Assembly: GCA_964016885.1 (NCBI GenBank)
Contig: OZ024740.1
Span: 362,514,001 to 362,578,000 of the forward strand
Origin: Eledone cirrhosa
Taxonomy: Eukaryota
Direction of reading: 5' to 3'
Length of the DNA: 64,000 nt
Shown here: piece after piece, positions 1-13,418 of the stretch
How the letters are laid out: the number at the start of each line of letters is the position of its first letter
Position numbering within the stretch: the stretch's first letter is position 1
Program-made: the position numbers and the translations under genes
The notes under the pieces: model-generated
Databases searched by the model: none
What the model saw: only the letters and a program-made list of their open reading frames with translations
Told to the model about the DNA's origin: nothing

Positions 1-2291
1 AATTTGGGTGGCTAACGTGTGTGCTTTGCTCCAAATAGTTGTAAAATAAGTGATAGAAAAACTGTAACCACAACCATGTGTGTGCCAGGTCATAAAAAAA
101 TGTAAAGGAGCCGATCATTAGATCATATCAAAGAAACAGTGTTTCCATTGGTCTTTCCATTGATGGTACTTTCTGCCATGAGTTGCATTTGAATTCAGAA
201 CGTACAGTGTCAGATCATATACTGCAAAGCATCACATTTGATTCTTTGACAAGTCTGACAATCCAGTACCCCTGGACGAGTACTTTATTTATTTACTCTA
301 AAAGGATGAAATGCAAAGTTGACCTCAGTGGGATTTGAACTCAAAGCCAGAATAAATACCAAGGCATTTAATCCAACACCCTAACGATTCTGCCCATTTG
401 CCACCTATGTTATAAAATTCACTGAGAAATATTGAACAGTTGGATACATAATACATATAGGAGCTTTAATGTTCTCTGACTGTCCCACCCAACTGGCTGT
501 TGCATTAATTTGATTTATTTTTATTCATGTTTCTTTGTGTGTTCTGATTAAATATACACTGAAATAACATTAAATTTAACATGTTTTCACTTCCTTTCAA
601 TATGTAACAGTGAGTAACATTAATTGGAGTTTTGTTTTCTCTCATGTCAATATTCTAACTTATGCGAAATTTTCAATAATTCATGAACGTTGTCATTATT
701 TAGTACTATGTCAAACCTGGTCAAGTTGACATAGGCATTACAGCTGTGATAAAATCTTGTCTTTTACTAGATAGTGTATCTGGGAGTAGATTACATATTT
801 AATAAAAGATGGTAGGGTATAATATGAGAAAGATTTTGTTTATATTTCTGGTATGGCAAGCAAGTTCATACAGGCTTCTTCACTGGCTCAAGTTTCAAGT
901 TTATGAATTTACTTCTACTAGGACTATTTTGAAATCTTTGTATTTACATATACATTTTGATACTAGTACTGTGTCCTGTTGTCTCAACAGTGAAGGCATG
1001 TGGCCCTAGTGGTTAGGGTATTGGATTCACGATCATAAGGTTGTGGGTTTGATTCTTGCATTGGATAGTGCATGATGTTCTTAAGCCAAATATTTATTTC
1101 ATGTTACTCCTTCTGCCAGGAGTTATAATCAGCAGATAGTATAAGCGAAGGAAAGACCAATGGAAACATTGTTGCCTTGGTTCAATCTGATAATCAATTT
1201 CTTTCATGTTATCTCAAGAGAAGAATTACAGCTTGCCAACTTCACTGTAAAACAATGCATCTCCTCCAAAATATACTGGAACTCATCAACTCTGACAATA
1301 TCTTGCAAAACAAGTACAAAAATGAAATTTAATTACACAAATTTCTAAGAATATTTTTCAGCCATATCTACCCCACTTAGCATGTATTACCTTTTTTTTT
1401 TATTGTTAAAGAATTAGACAAAATTATTTGTGTTCAGGCTCTTTATATTCTGAGTTTAATTCTTGCCATGGTCAGTTTTACCTTTCATTTTTCCAGAGTT
1501 AATAAAATCAAACATCAGTCAAGTACTGGGTTCAAGTTCATCAATTTTACCCTCCCCTAAAAACTTGTTGGCCTTGGGCCTAAATTAGAATCATTAATTT
1601 GTTAAGCACCAGGATTGATTTGTTCTTCTCCAACTCCATAGCTTGTGCCTATGTTGGAATTATTAGCTAGAGATATAATTATATACATATCTGTTTTGCT
1701 ATAGTTTTTCTTTCAGTTTTGCTCAAAAACACTGTCAGATATAGGATATAAATTGTCTTTTATATGTAGCTTCATCATCATACATTCACTTTCTATGCTG
1801 GTATGGGTTAAATGGGTTGTCACAGTCCAAGACCAGATGAGTTGGTATAATCTCATCTTGCTGAAATATTCCAAATTTGACATGGTTTCTACAGCTGGAT
1901 GTCCCTCCTAACACTAACCTCCTCACAGAGTGTACTTGGTGCATGTTATCATGTTACTAGCACTATCACTTTACAGGGTCTACTGGATGGATTTTATCAT
2001 TGTGCCAGCACTAGCGAGATTGTCATATATGAAGTCAGACTGAAGAGTCTTCTCTATCCTACATTGTCACCCACTTTACAGACTGTATTGGATGAATTTA
2101 TTAATTATTAATACATTATTTTGTTGCTTTCAGATAGATGTTCAACATAAAAACAATGATAACATTCAAGAGTGCTGCACATGAGAATAAATCACTCTGT
2201 TGATTTGAATTTTATGCTAAGCTTATGTAAGTAAAGGCGTTGAAAAAAATCTGGTCTACAGTTGAATCCCATTTGTTTAAGAAGGTATGAA

Positions 2292-2535
2292 ATGGAAGTG
2301 ACCATGGCAGACAGTAATCTCACATTAAATGATTTCGAAGATATGCAGTATAAAAAAGCACGAGAACTATTTATACTTTGTGATAAAGAAGGCAAAGGTT
2401 TTGTCAATAAATTTGATTTGCAGAGGTTGCAGCCAGAGTTATCGATTCCTCCTGAATCGTTGGAACAAGTTTTTGACATTTTAGATGAAGATAAAAATGG
2501 ATACCTTACTCTAAAAGAATTCACTGAAGGATTTC
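2292..2535 (+). CDS. CRACR2A: EF-hand/coiled-coil protein, CRACR2A/EFCAB4B (Rab46)-like, coding exon 1 (two EF-hands)
   Basis: ATG at 2292 gives MEVTMADSNL...ARELFILCDKEGKGFVNKFDLQRLQPELSIPPESLEQVFDILDEDKNGYLTLKEFTEGF. EF loops are DKEGKGFVNKFD and canonical DEDKNGYLTLKE. Donor C|GTAAG at 2536 (phase 1). An upstream acceptor tttcag|2134 suggests the exon also carries 5' UTR. Family assignment is from remembered similarity; RASEF/Rab45 is the alternative. Confidence 0.8.
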
Positions 2536-3671
2536 GTAAGTTTCAATAATTTCTATTTCTTAAAAATCACACGACTTCATATTCATTGAGAAATATATGA
2601 AAGAACTTGGAAGTACTGTAAATTACACTTTTAGGTTAGATGAAATATTTAACTCATAGAACAGTTCAAATTTAGTGCTTATAGATATTTTAACCTTCTC
2701 ACTAACATATTTCTAATGAAAAACACTGCATATTATTTTCAGATCATTTTGAAAATAAGAAATCTTTAAGTGATCTGATAATATAACTAACTTTCTCATT
2801 ACTGAGGTTGATTTAATCAACTTTCCCCTCCCCATTAAATTGCTGGCCTTCTGTCTAAAGTAGAAATCAGCTGGTGTTTTGAATACAACTTAGCAGCACT
2901 TACATAAAAGTTTGATGGAAGCTTTTTAAATATTACCATCATTATCATCATCATTATTTAACATCTGTTTTTTCCTGCTTAGCAAAGGTTGCACACTCAC
3001 ACATGCATATATACACACAGCACATGTATAGACACACAAGCATGCACATACACACACACACATGCACACATGTATGAGCACATATACACACATGCATACA
3101 CTTATGCACAGACACACACATGCAACATATGTTTAAAATAAAAAGGCGATAGTGCTTTTCTCTGTATTTTCCTTGTAACAATCATGGATATAGTTATAAA
3201 ATATATCAATACATTAAGAAAGTAAGAAAATGTTTCATTGCATATATACATTCAACATCAAGATCATTGTTTAACATTTGTTTTCTATGCTGGCATGAGT
3301 TAGACAGGTTGGATTATCACATCTTGCTTATAAGTTTCGTTTTTAGGGGGCATGGTATTTACAGCTGGATGCCATTTCTAACCACTTTACAGTGGGAAGT
3401 TGGGAGCATTTTATAATGGCACCAGCACTGCCACTTTACAATGTGTACTGGGTGCATTTTACTGTAGCACCAGCACTACTAATTTGCAGAGTGTACTGGG
3501 TACATTTTATTGTGGAACCAGCACTACAACTGTACGTTTTATTGCAGTGCCAACATTGTTTTCTGTTGAGAAAAAACATGTTTGCAACTATTGTTGTACC
3601 AGTATAATGAACGTATAATATTTAGGTTATAGCATTGCATGAGAATTAACTGTAATATTTTACATTTCAAC

Positions 3672-5487
3672 ATATTGTTAACCAGGTAATACTAGAAGGT
3701 GTCATACCAAAAGATTGGTACAGTAGCATCATTGTCAACTGCTACAAAGGTAAAGGTGATGCACTAGATAGAGGAAACTATAGAGGTATCAAGCTGATGG
3801 ACCAGGTCATGAAAGTAACAGAAAGAGTTATAACACAGTTGATTAGGGACTGGGTGAAAATAGATGAGATGCAATTTGGGTTTGTACCAGGAAGAGGCAC
3901 CACTGATGCCAAAAGTACCTAGCTAAAAGTAAGCCACTCTACCTGGCATTCATCGACCTCGAGAAAGCCTTTGACAGAGTTCCACGTGCTGTAATCTGGT
4001 GGGCTCTTAGAAAACTAGGAGTAGATGAATGGCTTGTGAAAGCTGTACAAGCCATGTATAGGGGAGCAGTCAGCAAAGTTAGGATTATCAATGAGTATAG
4101 CGAGGAATTTAGCATACAGGTTGGTGTCCACCAGGGCTCTGTTCTTAGCCCTCTCCTGTTCATCATAGTCCTGCAGGCAATAACGGAGGAGTTTAAGACC
4201 GGATGCCCATGGGAACTCCTGTATGCTGATGACCTGGCACTTATAGCTGAATCTATGGTAGAACTAGAGAAGAAATTCCAAACTTGGAAGCAGGGACTAG
4301 AAAGAAAGGGTCTCAAAGTCAACATGACAAAGACTAAGGTCCTTGTAAGTAGACAAGAAAACAGAACCCAGATCCCCTCATGGAAATGGCCTTGCTCAGT
4401 ATGTAGGAAAGGTGTAGGTAGGAACTCCATTCTCTTCCCCAAATGCAAACAATGGGTACACAAGAGATGTAGTGGGATCTCAGGAAGCTTAATTAAGAAT
4501 GTAGGCTTCACATGCAGCAGCTGTGCTGGGACAACAAGCAGCAAGAAGCCACAGGAAACAAGTACCACCAATCTCTGGGAGGGCTCTGTAGAAACAGTAG
4601 ACAGCTTCTGCTACCTAGGTTACCGAATTAGCAGCGGAGGTGGGTGTTCAGAAAGTACAATAACTAGAGTAAGAACGGGATGGAAGAAGTTCAGGGAACT
4701 ACTGCCACTGCTAGCTGCAAAAGGCTTCTCCCTCAAAATGAAAGGCAGACTGTATGATGCGTGTATCCGAACAGCAATGTTGCATGGTAGTGAGACCTGG
4801 GCGCTGAAGGTGGAAGACTTACATAGATTAGAGAGAAACGAAGCCTGCATGCTCCGATGGATGTGTAACAGTAATATACGTGAACGACAAAGCATAAATG
4901 AATTGAGAGAGAGACTGAGCATAAGAGGAATCAAATGCTGTGTGCAGGAGAGGCGGTTGCGTTGGTATGGACAGGTGATGCATATGAAGGATGACAGCTG
5001 CATAAAAAGGTGCAGAGCACTAGAAGTCAATAGAAACCGCGGAGTGGGGAGACCCAAGAAGACCTGGGATGATGTGATAAAAGCCGACCTTACCCAATTA
5101 CACCTTTCAAAGGCGATGACACACGACCGTGACCTCTGGCGTCGCGCAGTAATACAGAGTACCCGACCTCCCATGGGTACAAGCTGAAGCATATAGACAA
5201 TATGTCCCCACACCCTCCCACTGCAAAGTGGTCATGGAGATGCCACGGCAAAAAAGCACCAAGCCCATACTGTAAAGTGGACGTGTAAGCGCCACGGAAA
5301 AATGCACCCAGCACTAAATGAGGTTAGTGTTAGGAAGGGCATCCAGATGTAGAAATCAAGCCAGAATCAGTTCCTGTATGAGCAAGACAATGTCAGCCGA
5401 CCAGACACTGCCCACAACAGGACAACCCGTCTAACCCATGTTAGCGTGGAAGAACAGACGTAAAACGGTGATGATGATGATGATGAT
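3672..5487 (+). mobile_element. 5'-truncated RTE-clade LINE (lineage A'), decayed
   Basis: Begins at IVNQVILEGVIPKDW. A short deletion/frameshift lies near 3910. RT motifs GVHQGSVLSP and LLYADDL are in ORF 4036-5187. It has an extended 3' UTR and a (TGA)n tail. Confidence 0.92.
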
Positions 5488-5675
5488 TTCACTGAAATAG
5501 AAATAGCATTTTCTTCAGATAAGCCCCAAAAGACATATTCATTTAAAATTAAATTTATCTATTCTCTTTATGCAAAAACAACTTTGCTGTAAGGATTCAG
5601 AAATTGTGTGATAAGAGAACAAATGCTGTTATTTCTGGCATGATGTCTATGGCTAAATCTTCTTCCTAATTCCAA

Positions 5676-6378
5676 TCACTTTACTGAACGTACTGAGTGC
5701 ATTGTGTCATAGCCCCAGTATTTCATCTTTACCATGTGGACTATGCGCATTTTACTGTGGCACCAGCATGACCACTTTACAGAGTCCACAGGGTGTATTT
5801 TTTCCATGACACCAACACTACCATTTTACAGCATGGGTTTTGTGTAGTCTATTGTTGAATTAATATTATTACTTTATAGTGTGCAGTGAGTGCATTTGAT
5901 CATGGTTCCAGCACTACCACTTTACAGGGAATTGAATCCTGACACCAATACTACCTATTTACAGTGTGGGCTAAGTGCATTTTACCAAGGCACTAGCACT
6001 ACCATTTAACAGTGGGAGCTGAATGCATTTTATCTTGACACCAGCACTATAATTTTATGGAGTGTATTCAATTCATTTTATTGTAACACCAGCAACACCA
6101 CTTTACTGAATGAGCTAGATTCACTTTATCATGACACCAACACTACCACTGTACACTGTAGGCTGGGTGCATTTTATCATGACACCAACACTACCACTGT
6201 ACACTGTAGGCTGGGTGCATTTTATCATGGCACCAGCACTATCACCTTATAGAGCAAACCATATATATTTTACCATAGTATCAACACTACAACTTTACAG
6301 AGTGAGCATGATGTATTTTATGATACAGGCACTACCACTTTACGAAGTGGACTGTGTACATTTTATTGTGATACCACT
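5676..6378 (-). repeat. ~48-bp minisatellite, about 14 diverged units, inside an RTE-derived SINE
   Basis: The unit GCATTTTATCATGACACCAACACTACCACTGTACACTGTAGGCTGGGT recurs exactly at 6131 and 6179 (period 48). A similar array lies at ~10270-10810. Confidence 0.85.
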
Positions 6379-9300
6379 GTTGAGAAACAATGTTTTCAAC
6401 TATTGCCATAGCATTGTAATAGAGATATGTTATTTATACTATAGAATTGTATGAGAATTAACTGTGATATTTATATTTAGAAACAATATGTTACTGGACT
6501 AATAACATTTGATTAAATTTTGTATGTTATTTTCACTGAAATAAAAATAGTATTTTCTCTAGATAAGCAAAAAAGACATGTTCAGTTGAAATTAAATCTC
6601 CATCTGTTCTCTTTGTGCAAAAGCAATTTTGCTGTAAGGCTTCATAAATTGTGTGATAAAAGAGAAAATGCTGTTATTTCTGTGACTGGTTGTTTACTTG
6701 AGTTTCAATCAGAGAACATCAAGTGCAGTGTGCCAGACAATGTTAATATTATTATTAACCTTTTTGATAACAATCTATTCAAGACTGCCTCTAGTTGTAT
6801 GAAACAAAAGAACCCTTTTACCCCTTTTGATACCAGCTTGGCCAAAAACGGTTGCGGCTATATGAACCAAAACCACCCATTTCAATACTTTTGTTATGAA
6901 CCTGGCCCAGCTCTCATTCTATGAGACAAAACCATGCATTTTAAAGGATTCCTATTAAAATATATTCTTCCAACATCATTTAGTTTAAAAACCATATTAT
7001 ATTAATCAAAATCTTCCATTAATTAAATGAAATAGAGTGCTTTTCATTAGAAATATATTTTCTAAAAGTTTAAAGGTTTCAAATTTAAATTAAAACCTAA
7101 CAAAAGCCTATTTAAGACCCTTTTGTTAAATTATGTTACAAATATCAACTTAATGAAACAATTAATAATTTTACTAAACTCCTTCAAATTCTTCATTATT
7201 TAATTAAACACAGTGTATATCACTAGAAATATGGCCATAAAGAATTAACATATCAGAAATGGAAGCATGCCTGACAGAATTTAATTTTTTTTCCTCTCTA
7301 TTCTGAGTTCAAATCTCACTAGCTCGAAGTTATTGACCAATATTGATAAAATAAGTGCTTGTAATTGTTAATAATATGCTTTACTTCTCAAAATTCTACC
7401 TTGTACCAAGAAATCAATTATATATTAGTAACTATTATACATTTTACAGACTGTAGGGAATACAAAGCATTGATTATTACTGTTAGCAATGTTTATTACC
7501 TCTGATTAAACATGTTAACTGCCAATAACTTATTGAAGCTTTCCTTTCTATAATAAAATTAGAAAACCCCTCAAACCTAATGAAAATAGAGATTGTTATT
7601 TTAAATGTATTTACATTATTATCATCATACGTTTGCTTTCCATACTGACATGGGCTGGATATTTTGTCACAGTCTGAGATGAGATTGGTTGGAGAAATCT
7701 CATCTTGCACATATCTTCTATATTTGGCATGGTTTCTACAGCTGGATGCCCTTCCTAATGCCAAATATTTTACAGAATGTACCGAGTATGACACCAGTAC
7801 TACCACTTGACGGAGTGTACTGAGTGTATTTTTCATGGCACTAGTCCTAATACTTTACAAATTATAGTGTGTGTATTTATCATGGCACCATCACTACCCC
7901 CTTCAGAGTGCATTGGAACATCAGCACTTTCACTTTGCAGCATGTACCAGGTGTCAGATATTCATCAGTCACATGGTCCTCTATACACTTTGTTGTGTTG
8001 GTCTGTTTGTCCACTACTTTATGAGAGCAAGAGTATTGAATGTTTCCATTCTGATGCTAACACTAGAGAGGTTGTCTTATCTTCTGTAAGCTGACTGGGG
8101 CCCTTTCTGCTCCATAGTTTCTAAGTTAAATGTTAAAAGTGAAATAATTAAGTAAATTTGGTACTGTACTACCAACTCATGTGTCATGGGTTGAAATTAC
8201 TGTAATAATTTTGTTTTTTTGTCAAGACACTTCACTTTATGATCCTCTGTTTACTTAGTTTTAGTTGTTGATATTACTTAGCCCCAGGTCAGCCTCCATC
8301 AGGTAGACCTATGATCAATGCTATTTCAGCACTGACTATCCCATGTTTCATTCAAACATCATGTTTCCTATATTTCCTTAGGGAGTTATTCAATGGTCAT
8401 TTAGCTTCAATTTTTAGCAAGTTGAGTGACCATGTAGAGGTTCACTAGTTGCCTTAGGTTTAACTCTTTGCTTGCTGTTAACAGATCTTAAGTCCTATCA
8501 AGAGAAAGCAATGAGAAAGCACTCCCATAAATTCTTTCTATGGATAGTTTGTAGATTCCTTTGTTATAGTGTCACCAGAATTTATTTCTTCTAATAGATG
8601 TATTAAATATATGTGCACTAGTTTATTTGAAAACATTATTTCTTTGGCAAACTATTTCATTTAACTTGAGACATTCGGGGAGACATTCCAGCTGCTGACT
8701 TGCAATTCATGTCATTGTTGGCAGCTGGCCTTACTAATATGTCAAGTGATGCTTGTGAGTGTACTTGGTTATTCCCCAGGAGTGGGTGGTATATCTCAGC
8801 TGCTATAATCAGAAGGCAAAATGGCAAAAGCTTTTTCATGGAGAACAATCATCAATACCCACTGCATCAGTCATTCCACTTCTAAGGGCTCCTTCCTCTA
8901 GCATGACATTTTATTCCTGATTTTGCTGAGGAAAACTTCAGTCCAGAGACGAAGGACACTGGTGGTTTCAATGGCAACTAGCGCAAATAGGAAATGGTCA
9001 GTCAATGCTTGGTTATTTAGTTATCTTCTGCTCCCCTGTGGTAATCTGGTGATCAAGGACACCACAGGAGGTCCCAGTACAACTAGCACATAATGGAAAT
9101 GGTCAGTCAATGCCTATCATTTAATTATCTTCCCCTCCTTATGGACAGCAGTGTCTGAGTTTCTGGTTGAAGTGATAAGGTTAACACCAGAGAGATAGTG
9201 TTCTTAGGGTGAGTTTTCTGGAGTATTGTAGATGTATCTGTTTATTTTGGGAAGGTAAACTTTTAATATTTCTGTTATGTTGGCCTATGGGTGTGGTTTA

Positions 9301-9384
9301 TGTGCAGCTTGGAATGATATGAAGTGGGCTATTTTGTGGACTTTGTAGTTCATTGTGATTTATTGTGAAGAGATTGTTGGGCCA

Positions 9385-9700
9385 GGTGCATGCCATTGCA
9401 TGTTGGCCCTCTGTCAGTTCTGATGATGAATGTTCCAGCTGTTCAATGGAACTGCTCATGAAATTAACATGCATTCTACAAATTCACGTACTCTTAACAT
9501 AGTTTTCATGGAGATTCAGTTTGACACAGTGTGTGACATGGATAGCCCATTGAATTATTGGCACAACATATTTTTCCAGCTGAGTGGACTGGAGCAATAT
9601 GAAATAAAATGTCTTGCTCAAAACACAACACACTGCTAAGAATCAAACTCACAACCTTTCAATTGAGAGCCAAACACTCTAACTAAGCCACATACCTTCA
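9385..9700 (-). mobile_element. Second tRNA-headed SINE family
   Basis: Minus-strand head GTGGCTTAGT..AGAGTGTTTGGCTC...GTGAGTTTGATTC then TGTGTTTTGAGCAAGACATTTTATTTCA. Related + copies at ~995-1110, 12120-12235 and 49030-49350. Confidence 0.65.
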
Positions 9701-10954
9701 CAATGGGCCAGGCAAGGTTGATATAATAACCTATGGTAGGATTTAATGCAGTGCTTGTACCTTATTGTTGATAATTCTTTCTGTTGGCTGAATGTTGTAC
9801 ATATCAATGCTCAAAGTACGATTGAGCAATTTAGCTTACTTTATTATGTTTTCTATATATGCTGTGAGTATTGTGGAGGTGTTGCTGCATAAAGCTCTTG
9901 CTAGCTTTGTCTTCTATATGTGTGGTATTCTTTTATTTTATTCTTTAACATGTTTCAGTCAATATACTGCAGCTGTACTAGGGTACTACCCTGATTTAGT
10001 GAATCATATCAATTATATTACGTGTTCGTTGCAAGCTTGGTACTTATTTTATTGACCTTTTTTTGTAAAGGTTGCTATGATACAAGATATAAAGAGAGAT
10101 ACAGACAAACATAAACATAGACTGACAGATACATACATACATTATATATATATGTATATCATCATCATTAACGGGTTGTCAAATTGTGAGACAAGTCAGA
10201 TCATATGTCTTGCTCACACAGAACTGTTTCTGCCTTGGTTACTACAGCTGGATGCCCTTCCTAATGCCAACTACATTTATAGTGTAGACTGCCTTTATCA
10301 TGGCACCAATACAACCACTTTACACTGTGGACTGGGTGCTTTTTTGCCTTGACACTAACATGACCACTATACAGTGTAGACTGAGCATTTTTATCATGTC
10401 TCCAACACTTTACAGGTTGGGCTGGGTGCTTTCATCATGTTGCCATCATGCCTACTTTTCAGGGTGAGCTGGGTGTTTATTGTCATGTCATGACACTAAA
10501 ACGACCACCCTACAGTGTGGACAGGGGGCTTTTGTTATGTCATCATCATGACCATGACCACCTTACAGGGTGCTCCCTGTTGTGCCACCAGCCCAACAAC
10601 TCTACAGAGCAGACCAGGCGCATTTTGTCATGCCACCAGCATTACCACCTTACAGGGTGGGCAGGGTGCCTCCTGTCATGTCACAAGCAGGCATGACCAC
10701 CCTCCAGGGAGGGTTAGCTGCTCTTTTGTCATGTTACCTAACATAGAGAACTCAATGCTCTTTTGTCATGACACTGGCATCAGCACCTTACATGATCGAC
10801 TAAGGGCATTTATGTAGAATGCAGATTTGGAGACTAAATCTGAGACAATTTCAACACAGAGGCATCACTGTACCAGTTGACTACAAGGATAAGGCATTGG
10901 TTCTTTAGTAATTTCTTTTCTTAACCCTCTTATAACCATATTTCTGAAGAATTA

Positions 10955-11450
10955 GGACTCTTCAGTTCTGTCAAGGACATGACAGCCTCCTTAGTGTTGG
11001 TGATCTACATGATAAATGCACACAATCCATGCTGTTAAAGTGCTTAGTGATGGGAAGGGCATCCGGCCATAGAAAGTTTGCCAAACAAAGGATTGGGAGG
11101 GCCCTTTAGTTGTGTCAAGGACATGACAACCTCCTTAGTGCTGATGATCTACACAATAAAAGTACCCAGTACATACTTTACAGTGGTTGGTGTTATGAAG
11201 GGCATCCAGCTGTAGAAAGTTTGTAAAACAAGGGGTTGGGAGGACCCTATAGTTTGTGTCAGAAAACATAACAAATTCTCCTTTGTACTCAATAGAACGT
11301 ATGCCTCAATGTAAGCAGGATGCAAACCCCTCAGCCTGCCTGGGTGGTCAGTAGCTCCACTTCAGTACTGACTTTGTGTATGTAGACCCATCCAACCCTT
11401 GCTAGCAGGGTGAACAGACGTTAAATGATGATGATGATGATTATGATAAT
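10955..11450 (+). mobile_element. Non-autonomous bipartite RTE derivative with tandem ~140-bp 5'UTR-like units
   Basis: About 2.5 copies of a unit homologous to 57460-57590 (gagggccctt..gacat..cctc.ttagtgct..GGAAGGGCATCC). It ends in the RTE tail gacccatccaacccttgctagcaggg..cagacgttaaa(TGA)n. Related copies at ~1775-2090(-), 3260-3560(-), 7620-7950(-), 10160-10810(-), 12455-12710, 14095-14380, 25980-26210(-), 44940-45220 and 47840-48130. Confidence 0.75.
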
Positions 11451-11542
11451 TTCTAATGCCATTCATTTCAATTAATTAATGAAGAATTTAGAGAGATTTA
11501 CAAAAGATGTTATTGTTTCATTATTAAGATAGTATTTGTAAC

Positions 11543-11749
11543 TTAACTCGTTAGCATTTACATTACTCTATATTTGCTATTATATTTTCATGGTAAAGGC
11601 TTTACATCACATAATTACCTCACATAATATTGAATCTATGAAATTTTGATATTATTTATTTTGGGAACAATACCTTTACAGCCGATTTGAACAGAAAGAG
11701 GTGAGAGAATTCTGGCCAGATATGGCTGGTTTAAATGCTAAAGGGTTAA
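11543..11749. mobile_element. Nested TTAA-type MITE
   Basis: TIRs TTAACTCGTTAGCATTTA and TAAATGCTAAAGGGTTAA. Confidence 0.75.
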
Positions 11750-12759
11750 ATTAACAGAAGGTTTTTATAGAAAACTATGTTGGAGTGTTTTAACATGAAT
11801 AGGAACCCATTCAAACGAGTGCTTTTGTAGGAAGGTCAGTATCAAAAGGGTTAACAATATTTTCAAAATTGTATATATTACTGTATGCATAGCTAAAGTT
11901 TATTTTCCAAAAATCCAATGTTTAATATTGGATACCAACAATAACAAAAAAGAAAAAAATCATTATTTTTTTAGCACTATCATTTCACAGAAGAATGGTT
12001 TTGTCCTATTTCCGATATTAAGAGCATTTGTTAATTCCACTCCAGTAATTCTCTTGACTACAGTCTGGTCTCATAGTGCAAAACCTGTATTTGTTTTGTA
12101 TTTTAATCAGATATTAAAGATGCATGGCCTTGTAGTTAGGGTTTTGGATTCACAATTGTAAGGTCTGGGGTTTGATCCTTGGACAAAATGGTGTGTTGTG
12201 TTCTTTAGAAAAAAATATTTATTTCATATTACTCTTTCTGCCAGAAGTTGTAACTGGCAGATAGTATCAGCAATGAAAAAATCAATGGAAACATTATTTG
12301 CTTGGTTGAATTTGACAATCGGCTTCTTTCATTTCATTGAAGAATACATTGCAAGAGAAAGGGATTAAATATCTCAATCAGCTTGTGGTAAAATGAGATA
12401 TATGTGATAATTTACTTATGTAATGCTACCTGTGATTCATATAATGAATTGATTGTAGTGCTGGTATCAAAATAAAATGCACCTGGTGCACTCTGTAAAG
12501 TAATAGTGCTGGTCACATGATAAAATGTACCTAATACACTCTGTAAAGTGGTAGTGCTTGTGCCACAATAAAATTCACCCAGCACACCCTATAAAGTGGT
12601 TGGCATTAGAAAAGGCATCCAGTTGTGGAAACTATGCCAAATATGGTCAAGTCTCAGACAATAATGACCCATCCAGCCAAGCCAGCATGGAAAGTAGAGA
12701 TGAAATAAGGAAGTTATTTAAATACAACAACAGGCCTTTTCATGCCATTTTTACTGCTA

Positions 12760-13390
12760 ATGCAACTGTTAACCTTGTGGTGGAGCCCCATGACAAGCTT
12801 TACCATTTTGCCCTAGTGTCTGTGCCCCCTGCTTTCACTTTCTCCTCCATTATCTTTAGCCATGTCTTTCTTGAGCAACCTCTACTTCCATCCACATTGC
12901 TTTACTTCCATCTCCCAATCATTTTAATCATTTCTTAACCTATGACCCAACCATCTCATTTTATTTCTCTTCACAATATTTACCACTGGCTATTTTCCTC
13001 TTACCCAGTCAGTTTCACCCTTCATGACCTAACCATCTCTTTCCATTTCTCTTCACAACATTCAGAACTTGCTTTATTCCTCTGACCCAGTCAATTTAAT
13101 CTTTCTTCAACACATAACCCAGCCATGTCATTCCATTTCTAATCACAACAACCGTAACTTGCTCTATTCCTTTTGCCTAGTCACTTTCATCCTTCCTCAA
13201 CACGTAACCCAGCCATTTCACCATTATTGGTTCTATATCCATCATTTACAAATCATTATTGTCATCCTCTTTCTCAATGATCCTTCACTCATCTACTAGA
13301 CCATTTCCATTTTCTATTCTTTCCAACCCTCTCTGCTGCTCTACGTTCATCACCTTTTTTCACTCTACCATAAAATCATGCTGATGTAAA
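12760..13390 (-). mobile_element. Highly decayed LINE 3' relic with internal tandem repeats
   Basis: Minus-strand GSRGCSRKTWLKIMEEK resembles RTE GRPRKTW. Repeated tgacccaaccatctc..tttctcttcacaa units follow. Confidence 0.45.
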
Positions 13391-13418
13391 TAATTTCTAT
13401 TGTTTCTTCTCTTGCCAG

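Larger units (their letters stand above)
10921..11854. mobile_element. TTAA-flanked (piggyBac-type) MITE carrying nested insertions
   Basis: Ends TTAACCCTCT and AAAAGGGTTAA. Many relatives at e.g. 22155-22373, 29091-29350, 32782-33000, 33595-33847, 40316-40566 and 45576-45730. Confidence 0.65.

Noticed and set aside
3939-5213. Antisense ORFs over the RTE copies (also 16667-19392 and 58228-60554)
   Set aside because: They are shadow frames of the RT coding strand with no recognisable domains.
5676-6378. CRISPR-like regular array
   Set aside because: Units are contiguous diverged repeats with no unique spacers, there are no cas genes, and the context is a eukaryotic SINE.
6520-6924. 134-aa ORF as a host exon or gene
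   Set aside because: It has a non-ATG start, overlaps duplicated intronic DNA and a MITE end, has no motifs, and exons 1 and 2 join in frame without it.
8650-9380. Possible decayed Penelope ORF with a ~105-bp tandem duplication at 8975-9145
   Set aside because: No convincing RT or GIY-YIG motif could be read, so it is left unannotated.
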